DNA of 63,697 nucleotides, counting the filler, from Octopus bimaculoides (Eukaryota): assembly GCF_001194135.2 (NCBI RefSeq). It is 6 parts of 6 records of this genome, joined end to end, with 100 filler letters (N's around TTAATTAATTAA, not from the genome) between each part and the next. Parts side by side here need not be neighbours in the genome. Positions count along the whole stretch, not along the records: positions 1 to 21,566 come from NC_068998.1; 5 more parts are not named here. One strand, given 5' to 3'. The notes beneath the pieces are model-generated. The model did not search any database and was not told the DNA's origin. It saw only the letters and a list, made by a program, of their open reading frames with translations. Shown here piece after piece: positions 1 to 10,849 of the stretch. The stretch's first letter is position 1, and every line of letters starts with the position of its first letter. A program made the translations under genes and the position numbers.

Positions 1-444
1 GCTGGCATACTACGACGAAATCTCCAAGATGCAGATAAGATAGAGATTTTTTATTTATTTACGGCCTCAAACATCTCATACCTTCGCGCTTTAGTTTGCC
101 CTCTATTATTTATCTTGTTTCTCTCCATGAAATTCAATTGAATTCAGTTGTTGTCTTAAATTCATACTTATTCATTTTCTAAGCTTCCTAAATTCATTGC
201 TCTTTTAAAAATTACGATTTATGCATTGTTGTCGCTCAAATATTTAAAATCTACAATTAAGAGCCCTATCTACTCGCTGGCGGTACCTACCCACCCCTAC
301 CCATTTTCCTTTATTCAAAAATTCTTATCGCTCCTTAAAATTATGGCTTTTAAGTGTTGATTTCTCAGCCCAAGAATTACAGCGTGATGTGCTGCTTGAC
401 TGGTCCCCCCTCTCTCTCTCATATATATATATATATATAATATA

Positions 445-855
445 TTCTTTTATTCTTTTATTTGTTTCAGTCATTTGACTGCGGTCATGCTGAAGTACTA
501 CTTTTAGTCAAACAAATTGACCCCAGGGTTTATTCTTTGTAAGCCTAGTACTTATTCTATTAGACCATTTTACTGAACCACTAAGTTACGGGCAAGTAAA
601 CACACCAACATTGGTTGCCAAGCAATGGTGGGGGGACAAACATAGTCACACAAACATATATACACACATACACATACACACACAAATATATATCTACGGT
701 GGGCTTCTTTCAGTTTCCGTCTACCAAATCCACTCAAGGCTTTGGTTGGCCTGAGGCTATAGTAGACAACATATGCCTAAGGTGCTATGCAGTGGCACTG
801 AACCTGGAACCATGTGCTTGGTAAGCAAGCTACTTACTACACAGCTGCTCCTGCA
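445..855 (-). mobile_element. tRNA-derived SINE, family A (internal AC/AT microsatellite), CpG-decayed copy
   Basis: Minus-strand tRNA-like head (gctgtgtagtaagtagcttgcttaccaagcacatggttccaggttcagt). The body matches many other copies in the window. Confidence 0.85.
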
Positions 856-865
856 CCTACATTAT

Positions 866-909
<44 letters not shown>

Positions 910-1619
910 NNNNNNNNNNNNNNNNNNNNNNNNNNNNNNNNNNNNNNNNNNNNNNNNNNNNNNNNNNNNNNNNNNNNNNNNNNNNNNNNNNNNNNNNNNN
1001 NNNNNNNNNNNNNNNNNNNNNNNNNNNNNNNNNNNNNNNNNNNNNNNNNNNNNNNNNNNNNNNNNNNNNNNNNNNNNNNNNNNNNNNNNNNNNNNNNNNN
1101 NNNNNNNNNNNNNNNNNNNNNNNNNNNNNNNNNNNNNNNNNNNNNNNNNNNNNNNNNNNNNNNNNNNNNNNNNNNNNNNNNNNNNNNNNNNNNNNNNNNN
1201 NNNNNNNNNNNNNNNNNNNNNNNNNNNNNNNNNNNNNNNNNNNNNNNNNNNNNNNNNNNNNNNNNNNNNNNNNNNNNNNNNNNNNNNNNNNNNNNNNNNN
1301 NNNNNNNNNNNNNNNNNNNNNNNNNNNNNNNNNNNNNNNNNNNNNNNNNNNNNNNNNNNNNNNNNNNNNNNNNNNNNNNNNNNNNNNNNNNNNNNNNNNN
1401 TATGAGAGGTATTGTTATCTAGAAGACCCAAAGAGTGGCAGGTAATACTAAGTAAGTGCTATGGACAGACCATAGTCAAACACTTGGTTCGATAGTGATA
1501 TGAGTGAGGAGTCTAATGTAGGTCTTGTATTAGCATGCATATATATATTAGACAAAACGAGATAACAAAGCCAACGCTGTGAGAAGTTTTCAGGACATTT
1601 ATAAGGAAAAATATATATA

Positions 1620-1667
1620 GTCTTACAGTTGTTTCTGAGATATTATGGATATCTCTTCATCAGAGAC
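1620..1667 (-). ncRNA. Minimal type I hammerhead ribozyme motif with intact core boxes
   Basis: Minus strand: GTCT-CTGATGA-A-GAGATAT-ccata-ATATCTC-A-GAAA-C-aact-GTA-AGAC. Helix I is 4 bp, helix II 7 bp, helix III 2 bp, with a GUA cleavage triplet. Extra As flank helix II. Activity is untested. Confidence 0.7.
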
Positions 1668-1787
1668 AATGTGATATGGTTACATTGAGGTAAATATAAG
1701 TGTTCGAAATAAGGAATTATTATTATTCTTTTCAATAATTCCTTATTTCGAACTGAAATGTTTACCTCTATTTAACCATCTCACATC

Positions 1788-1835
1788 GTTTCTGTTGAAG
1801 GGATATCTATGATATCCCAGAAACAGCTGTAAGAC
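1788..1835 (+). ncRNA. Hammerhead ribozyme-like motif, A6U core variant
   Basis: GTTT-CTGTTGA-A-GGGATATC-tat-GATATCCC-A-GAAA-C-AGCT-GTA-AGAC. Helix II is 8 bp and the helix III loop (AGCT) is palindromic. Confidence 0.6.
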
Positions 1836-1939
1836 TATATCGATATTTTTTTCCTTATAAATGTCCTGAAAACTCCTCACTGCCTTGGCTTTGTTATCTT
1901 ATTTTGTCTAATATATATATATATATATATATATACATT

Positions 1940-2295
1940 CTTTTATTATTTTACTTGTTTCAGTCATATTGACTGTGGCCATGCTGGAGCACTACATTGT
2001 AGTCGAAGAAATGAACCCCTGGACTTATTCTTTGTATGCCTGGTACTTATTCTATCAGTCTCTTTTGCCAAACCGTTAAGTTACGGGGATGTAAACACAC
2101 CAACATCGATTGACAAGTGATGGTGGAGGGACAAACAAACACAAACACACAAATACATACACACACACGCATATATATATATATACGACAGGCTTCTTTC
2201 AGTTTCCATCAATCATATCCCAAGGCTATAGCAGAAGACACTTTTCCCAGATGTCATGCAGTGGAACTGAACCTGGAACCACGTGGTTGGGAAGC
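1940..2295 (-). mobile_element. SINE family A copy
   Basis: Same body and head as 445-855. Confidence 0.85.
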
Positions 2296-2436
2296 CTGGA
2301 ACCATGTAGTGTATGTCACATAATAAACATGACTATATATTCTAAGTATTCCAAATGTAGCTTAATGTAATCCTTTTATTGTTCTTTGTACAGTCTAATG
2401 ATTTTCCATACAAGGTATTTAAAATGCAAAATTATA

Positions 2437-2566
2437 TATTTATATATGTTTTGTAATTTTAATTTTGTTAGTTAAATGAAACAATTGTAGGTGTTAATTA
2501 ATATATTTATATATGTTTTGTAATTTTAATTTTGTAAATTTAATTTTGTAGGTGTTAATTAATAAA
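2437..2566. repeat. Imperfect tandem duplication, about 65-bp unit
   Basis: atatatttatatatgttttgtaattttaattttgt...tgtaggtgttaattaata occurs twice in tandem. Confidence 0.7.
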
Positions 2567-2764
2567 TTGATTTGTATCTATTAGATCTCTCTGTTTTCTA
2601 ACTCAATAATAATATTCGATATTTTACAATATTGTATGTAATATATTCATTGAAGAAATATCTCTTCAAAATATAATATATTAAATCAGTGCATCTTGGA
2701 TAAAATATCCCTATAACAGGTTTAAATATCCTCATTGTGACTATATATATATATATATATATAT

Positions 2765-3180
2765 ATACTCTTTTACTTATTTCAGTCATTTGACTGTGGC
2801 CATGCTGGAGCACCGCCTTTAGTCGAGCAAATCGACCCCAGGACTTATTCTTTGTAAGCCTAGTACTTATTCTATCGTTATCTTTTGCTGAACCGCTAAG
2901 TTACGNNNNNNNNNNNNNNNNNNNNNNNNNNNNNNNNNNNNNNNNNNNNNNNNNNNNNNNNNNNNNNNNNNNNNNNNCAAACATAGACACACACATACAT
3001 ATATATACATATATACGACAGGCTTCTTTCAGTTTCCATCTACCAAATCCACTCACAAGGCTTTGGTTGGCTCAAGGTTATAGTAGAAGACACTTGCCCA
3101 AGGTCCCACGCAGTGGGAATGAACCCGGAACCATGTGGTTGGTAAGCAAGCTACTTACCACACAGCCACTCCTGCACCTA
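2765..3180 (-). mobile_element. SINE family A copy (interrupted by an N gap)
   Basis: cagtcatttgactgtggccatgctggagcaccgcc...cacagccactcctgc; retains many CpGs. Confidence 0.88.
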
Positions 3181-3199
3181 TATATATATATATATATAT

Positions 3200-5364
3200 T
3201 CAGACTTGGATATTGGAATATAAGGACATGTGATCTGTCAGAGGACCTTCAAAACTCATCAACACATGCAAGATAGCATTGATCAGCTATAAACTGCTAC
3301 GACTCCAAGTGGACATTGCTGCACTCCAGGAAATGAGGCTCCCAGATATGGGGACCCTTTATAAAAGAGAGTATACCTTTTTCTGGCAAGGGAAAGGCAT
3401 AAATGAAGCCAGAGAGCATGGTGTTGGCTTTCCCATGAGGAACTCTCTGCTGAAGTTGGTAGAACTTAGCAGTGACAGTTCAGAGTGAATATTCTCACTT
3501 CGATTGCACACTTCTGATGAGCCAGTCAACCTTCTATTCTACACAAAACTCCAAGGATAAGTTTTACAATCAACTCTCTAGGAAAATACAAGTGATCCCA
3601 AATGGAGAACTTGGCGACTTCAGCGCCAGAGTGGGAGATGATCATGACTCCTGGTCTAGGTGTCTGAGTTGGTGCAGGGATGGCAACGAATGAAAATGGG
3701 CAATGGCTGCTCCATGGACTATGTGTCACTAACATCTGCTTCCAGGCCAAAGCTCAACACAGTGTCTCTTGGTCTCACCTTTGCTCAGGGCAGTGACACC
3801 AGCTAGATCTGGTCATCACATGGTGCAACCACCTGGGAAATGTCTTCCTGACTTGGTCTTTTTGAAGTGCTGACTGTGACACAGGCCACTCTCTGGTTTT
3901 CTGCAATCTCAAACACCAACCAAAAATGATGCACTGCACCAAGTCCCCAGGCAAGTAGCACATCAATGCTACTGCAACCCAGCAGCCAACTAAGACATGC
4001 ATTCCTCAAGATGCTGGAAGCCCACCTTGCAGACCCACTAGAAGGCAATGTTCAGTACAGATTGAACTCTCTCAGGTACATCATCCATAGCACTGCCCTG
4101 AGGGCCTTTGGGAAGAGGAGGAAAGTGACACAAGACTAGTTTGAGGTGAGTGTAAAAGAGCTCAATACCCCCAATGGAGGAGAAACATGCTGCCCTGCTG
4201 AAGCACAAACACCAACCCACCAGGGCAATGATGCAAGCATTGAGATCATCAAAGAACAACATACAGAAGTCAGTGAGATGGTGTGCAAATGACTACTGGT
4301 TACAGCTATGTGTAGCTATCTGTTGTTTGACATGGGCAACATTCACAGAATGCATGAGGGTATCAAGAAAGCCATCAGTTCAACCCAGAGCAAGATAGCT
4401 CCACTCAAATCTGGAATAGGGGAAGTCATCAAGGGCAAAAGAGAACAGCTGGAGAGATGGATGGAACATTATTCTGAATGCTACACCAAGGAAAACAACA
4501 TTTTGGATAGCATGCTAGATACGGTAGAATGCATACCCGTCATGGACACACTGCCAACTCCTGAAGAACTGAGCAGAGCCATTGATGGCTTGCCCACTGG
4601 GAAAGCACCAGATTTGGTGTGGCATCCAACCAGAGATCAGCAGATGTGCAAGGAGAGTTTTACCTAGCCATTTGCCAAAGCTACTGTGTCAGTGCTGAGA
4701 GGAGGGAACAGTTATGCAAGACATGAGAGACTGCAACATTGTAACCATATATAAGAAGAAAGGAGCCAAAAGCGACTGCAATAATTACTGAGACATCTCA
4801 CTGTTAAGCATTGTTGGGAAGGTCTTTGCCCACGTGGTCCTAAACAGACTACAGAAAATTTCTGAGAGGGTATACCCCAAATCTCAGTGTAGTTTCAGAT
4901 AAGAATGCCCCACCATTAATATGATCTTTCTTCCACAGCTATAGGAGACGTGCCAAAAACAAAGGCAATCATTCTTTATCACCTTCATCGACCTCACAAA
5001 GACTTTTGACCTGTTCAAAATCCTTGCCAGGATTGACTGTCCTCCAAGACTCCTCATGACTGTCCAATCATTTCACATGGATATGAAAGGCATCATTCAA
5101 TTCAATGGCTCTTCTTCGGAGGCATTCAACATATGTAGCAGTGTGAAGCAGGGCTGTGTGCTTTCCTCCACCCTGTTTGGCATCTTTGCAGTCATGCTGT
5201 AACACACATTTGGGACATCAATTGATGGTGTTTACCTTCACTCCAGATCAGATGGTAAACTGTTTAGTCTGTTGAGGTTGAAAGCAAAATCCTGGGTGCA
5301 CCAGGTACTGATCAGAGAAATGCTGTTTGTGGACAATACAGTACTGACAGCACAGTCTGAGGAG
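3200..5364 (+). mobile_element. Decayed RTE-clade LINE (APE endonuclease + reverse transcriptase)
   Basis: Translated fragments: RLGYWNIRT, VDIAALQEMRL, FFWQGK..EHGVGF (APE); GKAP, ISLLSIVGKVFAHVVLNRL, FIDLTKTFD, VKQGCVLSSTLF, MLFVDN (RT). Many stops and frameshifts; cut off at the 3' side by a mariner end. Confidence 0.9.
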
Positions 5365-5510
5365 CACTGCTTCTTATAGTGGAAAACCTGTCTGGACTGA
5401 TACATTGTTTCAAATGGAGGATACTTTGAAGGTGGTAAAAGTGTAAACATGTAAAACTAAGTGAACAAAATAATATTGCAAAATCCTGGTTTCTTTTGGG
5501 TAAACCCTCA
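5365..5510. mobile_element. Terminal fragment of the mariner family seen at 30799-31709
   Basis: Its reverse complement (tatgagggtttacccaaaagaaaccaggattttgcaatattattttgttcacttagttttacatg) aligns to 30797 onward. Confidence 0.8.
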
Positions 5511-5692
5511 TATATATATTTATATATATATATTTCCACACACAAATAAGCACATAAATGCAAAACAAGGTGGAAAAATAGTATTTGAATACCAAAGGTA
5601 GAGTAGTATGTTTTTATTAAAGCTGTGAAATTATCGCACAACTATTCCTCAGAGTTTCACATTCCTGTTCATTGCACGGTATTCTGTCTGAC

Positions 5693-5741
<49 letters not shown>

Positions 5742-5955
5742 CAGGGTGGTTGCTAGAAAAGCGGAAATGAAGGCAAAACTAACAAGCATCATCAAAAAAC
5801 TGTGTGATAGGTGGTTTCTGATTTGTTGTTTCTGTTCTTGGATAGTTTGAACATTTGTGAGTGTTAATATGATAACACACTTTGTTATCAAATAGATCTT
5901 GTGAAAATATAAAATGGCATTTCATGAATTTTCTGTTTTTCTAGCAACCACCCTG
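5742..5955. mobile_element. Tc1/mariner-type MITE (214 bp)
   Basis: Perfect 19-bp TIRs, CAGGGTGGTTGCTAGAAAA (5742-5760) and TTTTCTAGCAACCACCCTG (5937-5955), sitting in (TA)n. Confidence 0.85.
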
Positions 5956-6589
5956 TATATATATATATATATATACACACACAAATATAGATATACTTAT
6001 ATACATACATATATATATATATAGATAGATAGATCCAATATAGTAGAATTAACAAAACAAACACTCTGTCCAGTAACAGGTAGATATCAATTTAATACAC
6101 AACCAAATGGGCTAGTAATAGTTTCATGCTTCTACGATACTTTAATTAGGCATATTTATAAAATATCCTATTTATCTCTAAGCAATCTTTTAGGTTTCTT
6201 TATGCATTATATATATTTTAAATAAAGCTGCTGGACAGCGAGGAAATAAGAGATAAAATGAGAAGAAAAACGTGAAGAAGGTTGATGCAAAAAATGAAAC
6301 AAGAAGAAAGAAACAAAAGCAAGAAAACTAAGACACCATAATTGCAGAAACTATACAATTAATGCTGCTGGTATAGAACAAAATAACAGAAAATATGTCA
6401 AAGTCTGTGTGACAGCAACTCAATCTGGAGCAGGTGATATCCTTCAGTTTGATAAAAGAAACCTGTCTATGTGTTTACGCCTGCTAAACCTTTCAGATCT
6501 GGAATTAAGCAGTGTATTGGAATTCTTAGATCTAAGAATATGAGATTTTTCTGCTATGTATAAGTTGCATTTCTTAGATCCATTAACTG

Positions 6590-6830
6590 TGATAATGTGT
6601 GATAATTGAACAGGCAGGAAAACACTATACTAAACTATTGAGAAATCTACAGTTACTCTACCCAGATTACAAGTTCAGGTTTATACCTGTAATTATTGGG
6701 ACACTGGGATATGTAACACTCTACCTAAGTACCAATCTTGAGAAATTAAGCTTCTCAAAACCAGAAAGGAGGAAGCTGATTCAGAAACTACAGATCTAAG
6801 CCATCACTGGAACTAAAAATTCATAAAACA
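6590..6830 (+). mobile_element. 3' ORF fragment of an RLE-type (R4/Dong-like) non-LTR retrotransposon
   Basis: YTKLLRNLQLLYPDYKFRFIPVIIGTLGYV; the same family occurs at 47220-47515 on the minus strand. Confidence 0.75.
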
Positions 6831-7218
6831 ACTATCGCATGATATTAAGACAAGAGGACACTGATACACACAATGTGGTCCTGAAAGGGTGGAAAATCAG
6901 AATATTTCCAATGTAGCACTCAACCCAAACTTGTGGATATTTACACTCTTGAATTGAACTCTCAAGGAAGATAGAAATTCTGATGATGTAGGAAATCTGG
7001 ATATCACATCAATAAATCTAATGAGTGGGTCTAGCAAAGAGAGAAATATAATCTACATTGTGGCACAAAACTACAAATATTATGCAACTTTTAACACAGA
7101 GCTATTGCATGCAATACCATTAAAAACAGAGTGGTACCACAACAACTACAACTGGTCATTGAACATTATTTACATTATTTACATTTGACAGATATTTGTC
7201 CTCATCTTGTTTGTTGTT

Positions 7219-7264
7219 AACTCAACGTTTTGGCTGATATACCCTACAGCCTCCATCAGGTGTC
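7219..7264 (-). ncRNA. Hammerhead ribozyme relic (core mutated)
   Basis: GACAC-CTGATGG-A-GGCTG-tagggtatat-CAGCC-AAAA-C-GTT-GAGTT. The inverted copy at 7835-7872 has ATGA-A-GGCTG...CAGCT-GAAA-C-GTT-GTGTT, so the two arms together reconstruct a canonical core. Confidence 0.65.
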
Positions 7265-7332
7265 TTGGGGAAATTTTGAACCTGGGTTCTCATTCCTAAG
7301 GTATTTTTCATTGTTGCTATTATTATTATTTT

Positions 7333-7757
7333 GGAAATGTGCTGTGCGTGAGAAGACCCGGCAAGCCAAGTAAGATCGTTGCCAGTGCCCCTGGACTGGT
7401 TCTTGTGCGGGTGGCACATGAGATGCACTATTTTGAGCGTGGCCGTTGCCAGTACCGCCTGACTGGCTCCCGTAGGATTTTCGAGCGAGATCATTGCCAG
7501 TGCCCCTGGACTGGCTTGTGCGGGTGGCACATAAAAGACACCATTTCGAGTGTGGCCGTTTTCGTGCGGGTGACATGTAAAAGCACCCACTACACTCTCT
7601 GAGTGGTTGGCGTTAGGAAGGGCATCCAGCTGTAGAAACTCTGCCAAATTAGACTGGAGCCTGGTGTTGCCATCCGGTTTCACCAGTCCTCAGTCAAATC
7701 GTCCAACCCATGCTAGCATGGAAAGCGGACGTTAAACGATGATGATGATGATGATGA
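7333..7757 (+). mobile_element. 3' end of an RTE-type LINE with internal about 70-bp repeats and a (GAT)n tail, nested in the element above
   Basis: cacccactacactctctgagtggttggcgttaggaagggcatccagctgtagaaac...gcggacgttaaacgatgatgatg; the same family occurs at 15850-16285 and 16760-17300. Confidence 0.85.
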
Positions 7758-8019
7758 TTATTATTCAGGTCACTGCTTGAAATCGAACTTGGAATCTTGG
7801 GGTTAGTAGCCCGCGCTCTTAACCACTATGCCATATGAAGGCTGGAGGGTATATCAGCTGAAACGTTGTGTTAACAACAAACAAGGTGAGGACAAATATC
7901 TGTCAAATGTAAATAATTCCTCATCTCTTAAATATAGAACTGGTCATTGAAGTTGTACTTTGGATTATTTGTATGTGTGTGTGTGACAGACAAACAGACA
8001 GACAACTATACAAAGTTGT

Positions 8020-8025
8020 TTTATT
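8020..8025 (-). terminator. Candidate polyadenylation signal of the SV2-like gene
   Basis: AATAAA on the minus strand about 150 nt after the stop codon, followed by a GU/U-rich tract (ctttgtatagttgtctgtctgtttgtctgtc). Usage is inferred. Confidence 0.45.
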
Positions 8026-8174
8026 ATAACTGAATATAAAACCAAACATTAACATAATAAAAAATATGATAATTTTTAAAATATAATATGCAAATTTAAA
8101 ATGTTTTGAATTTTTAAAATAATTTGATATATTGATATATTATATAGAAAGACATATCAGTTAATAGAAACATA

Positions 8175-8358
8175 TCAAGACAGGTCTTTGCCAGTCAAAT
8201 CTGGTAGCTTTATTGCAAGGAGACCTCCAAGTAGCAGAAGCCCAGAAGTTAGAAGCATTGGTATAGCACATTGTGCATTTATAAGAATCCCAAAAACCAG
8301 GTTTCCAAGTATTGCACCAATTCTCAATGTAGCTGTTTGTACACCTAAGCCCGTGGAT
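8175..8358 (-). CDS. SV2: SV2-like MFS transporter, terminal coding exon (184 bp including TGA); absent from the supplied ORF track in this frame
   Basis: Acceptor ttctaaattttcag|A, phase 2, completing AG|A = Arg. Translates to STGLGVQTATLRIGAILGNLVFGILINAQCAIPMLLTSGLLLLGGLLAIKLPDLTGKDLS*, which matches the last two TM helices and LPD/PET-type tail of SV2 proteins. The preceding intron is 10,172 bp. Confidence 0.92.
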
Positions 8359-9097
8359 CTGAAAATTTAGAACAAAATCATAAACAGCATTATTTATATT
8401 GAACATAAGTGTCAACAGAGAGAAAAAATTCATTTAAAAAGATTAGTTAGCTTCCATTTTCAGAACTCATTTCACTTAAATAGTCATTAATGACCTTAAA
8501 AAAGGCATAGCAACAACAAGTTATATTTCTCCCTCCAACAAATCATTGAAGTAACCATCAAGTGATGGGTACAGTTAATTATGCTAAGTCAAACAAAAAG
8601 CCTTACAAATTATGATGCATTTATGTGAAATAAATAATGAAGCAATAATAAATGTAATAATTTTTATTAGCAAAAGTCACAAATGTTTAAAGGTGAGGGT
8701 AGAGTCACTCAGAATGAGCCTAGAATCTGGATGGTAACAGAATCAATTTGGGATAGATGAAAGGTAAATGTTATTCTATCAGGATTCTAACTCAAAATAT
8801 AGAGAGACAATCCTAGTGTCAGGCATTTCTTTATATTGGCATGTTTGTTACTGACTTGGTCAATTAGTGAATAAAAATAAAAAGTGCATCAACCTTATCA
8901 TACTGCTTTTGTGTGAACAATACTCAGCTGGTGATCCTGACAAGAGATTGGACTCTGTACAAAAATCTATGTTCTAGTTCACTCATTTCTTCTCTGCAGC
9001 TGAGAAACTAGTTCCAATGTAAACTGCAGGCCTCCATCATCTGGTGCTATTCTACAATTAATATCTGAGAAAAATGTTCACATCTGAATAATTTTAA

Positions 9098-9306
9098 CCC
9101 TTTGGTTATCATATTTCTATTGAAATACACCTCCATTTTAATTAATTTTGAAAACAATGAAAACTTTCATAAAATAATTTTGTCATTATTAAGCTGGTGT
9201 TTGGAACATAAATGAACATGGAATTTTGATGAATATTTAAAGTTGGCTCATAATAGTTTGCATCATAGAACCAGGAGTAGTCTCAGGCAGGTTGGCATTG
9301 AAAGGG
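9098..9306. mobile_element. piggyBac-type MITE (209 bp)
   Basis: TTAA|CCCTTT...AAAGGG|TTAA, with TTAA at 9094-9097 and 9307-9310. Confidence 0.8.
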
Positions 9307-9805
9307 TTAAAAAATGTTGTTTTGTGAAGTTATTCATATTTAGGATCCATGATAGCCACTAGTCTGGATACATCCATGTCACTCATAGACTAGAAAAGTG
9401 GTATACAAGTAACTGAAGTTTCAAATACCTATAGCCACTATCAATAGAATAAGGGCAGGTTTTAAACTGGGCTTGATTTGGCAACCAACTCACAACAGCA
9501 GGTGGCAGGTATTTTGAACATAGGCTCATTTTCGAGATGAATTTTTTAAAACCCACCTTAGAAACTTACAAGCTCATTCTAGCTTGGTTTAAAGATCACT
9601 GTGGGGCAAGCTCAACAGAGCAACATTATCAGCATAATCAGGTTTGATGATCATTGTACTCTGGCTGCACAGTCAATCACATAATTGAAGTGGTTTGGAC
9701 ATGCCTGGTACTTAATTTATCAACCCCACCAGAGGGATGAATAGCAAACTGATACATTCTCTCATAGGTAAAAATATTGAATACTAAATTGTTTGGTCCA
9801 TTGTA

Positions 9806-10022
9806 TGAAGGAGTGCTGAAAAGTTCCTGGCTTTGGGTAAACGAAAAAACAGGAGGATCAGTTAATTATGATTTTATTCAACATATTCCCCTTCCAGATT
9901 CACACACTTATTGCAGTGGTCCTTCAGTTCTTCTAAGCACTGTAAAAGAACTTGGAAGGTTGGGCCTCCAGCCAGGCTTTTCACAATACCCTTAAAGCCA
10001 GGAACTTTTCAGCACTCCCTCT
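9806..10022. mobile_element. mariner-derived MITE (217 bp)
   Basis: About 29-bp TIRs, tgaaggagtgctgaaaagttcctggcttt and aaagccaggaacttttcagcactccctct, with TA on both sides. Confidence 0.85.
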
Positions 10023-10149
10023 TATGCACAATCACATAGCTCAGTATATTCTGATCTACCATATTAATTTTATTGTTCTTACTCAATCTTTTTCTCTCTC
10101 ATTCAAGTTTAACTTTCACTTTATTTCTCTTTTTGTTGATATTACTCTC

Positions 10150-10698
10150 TATATTTCATAAATACGATATCTGCGAACTTCTCTCTTGTTCTTTTTATGT
10201 GCTACTATTAGTTTCATGTGCTGAGAGTCAGACAGTATTTTTTAACATGTCTGGTGCCCTAGCACAATCATCAAGCACTGCCCACATGGCATAATGAACT
10301 AAAATTGGAACAATAGGATGAGAGGAAAATCAAGAAAAGGTGAGAAAGAAGTACATATAAAAGGTGGAAGGTTGAAAAAACTGGAAACATAAAAGAAAAC
10401 AGAAAGCAGCAAATTGTGGGGGGTGTTATATTTTATGGTCTAAGGGAAAATAACTCTAATTCCCCACTTTCTGTTCTTTTTTTGTTTTCTGGTTTTTCAA
10501 TCTTCCACCTTTTATATCTACTTCTTTCTCACCTTTTCTCTCATCCTATCATCCCATTTTTAGTTCGTTATGCTATGTGAGCAGTGTCTGATGATTGTGC
10601 TAGGACACCAAACATGTTAAAAAATATTGTCTGGCTCTCAGCACATGAAACTATTAGTAGTACATAAAAACATATATTGTATTTATTAAATAATATAT
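10150..10698. mobile_element. Long inverted repeat (over 200-bp arms, about 60-bp spacer) with hammerhead-like relics, in the last SV2-like intron
   Basis: 10192-10406 is the reverse complement of 10467-10670, and similarity extends to about 10150 and 10698. CTGATGA-TT-GTGC-tagg-ACAC-C-AAAC-AT-GTT at 10588-10618 is mirrored at 10244-10274. Confidence 0.8.
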
Positions 10699-10849
10699 AT
10701 AGGGTATATATATGTATAGACATATACATTCACACACATATAATAACAGAATTAAAAAAATAGAAAATATACATGGTATACAATAAAACAAAAGAAAAAG
10801 TATATATCAGTAAAAGAACAAAAAAAAAAAAAGAATAATGATGTGGTCT

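Larger units (their letters stand above)
1541..1920. mobile_element. Long inverted repeat (about 180-bp arms, 12-nt loop) of Penelope-type terminal sequence, within (TA)n
   Basis: 1541-1721 is the reverse complement of about 1734-1917, with scattered mismatches. Each arm holds a hammerhead-like core. Confidence 0.8.
7164..7937 (-). mobile_element. tRNA-headed, hammerhead-tailed non-coding retroelement with an inverted 5' copy of its 3' end and a 14-bp TSD
   Basis: Identical AACTGGTCATTGAA at 7150-7163 and 7938-7951. About 7173-7256 and 7835-7917 are inverted repeats. tRNA-like head at 7766-7836 (A box TGGCATAGTGG, B box GTTCGATT). HHR relic at 7219-7264. Confidence 0.75.

Noticed and set aside
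773-1445. Long ORFs running through N gaps (also at 22.7-23.2, 25.2-26.3, 27.9-28.9, 36.4-37.3, 39.0-40.1 and 55.4-56.1 kb)
   Set aside because: They are open only because N codons contain no stop.
6085-6150. Possible further hammerhead on the minus strand (CTAATTA...GCATGAAAC)
   Set aside because: The core is too degenerate and helix II cannot be drawn.
7339-7683. ORFs over the 70-bp repeat arrays (also 15789-16243 and 16746-17155), and a possible CRISPR-like array
   Set aside because: These are internal tandem repeats of the RTE 3' UTR. There are no unique spacers or cas genes, and the DNA is eukaryotic.
8161-8433. Listed ORFs 8161-8433 (-) and 8188-8370 (+)
   Set aside because: They are wrong-frame and antisense shadows of the real SV2-like terminal exon.
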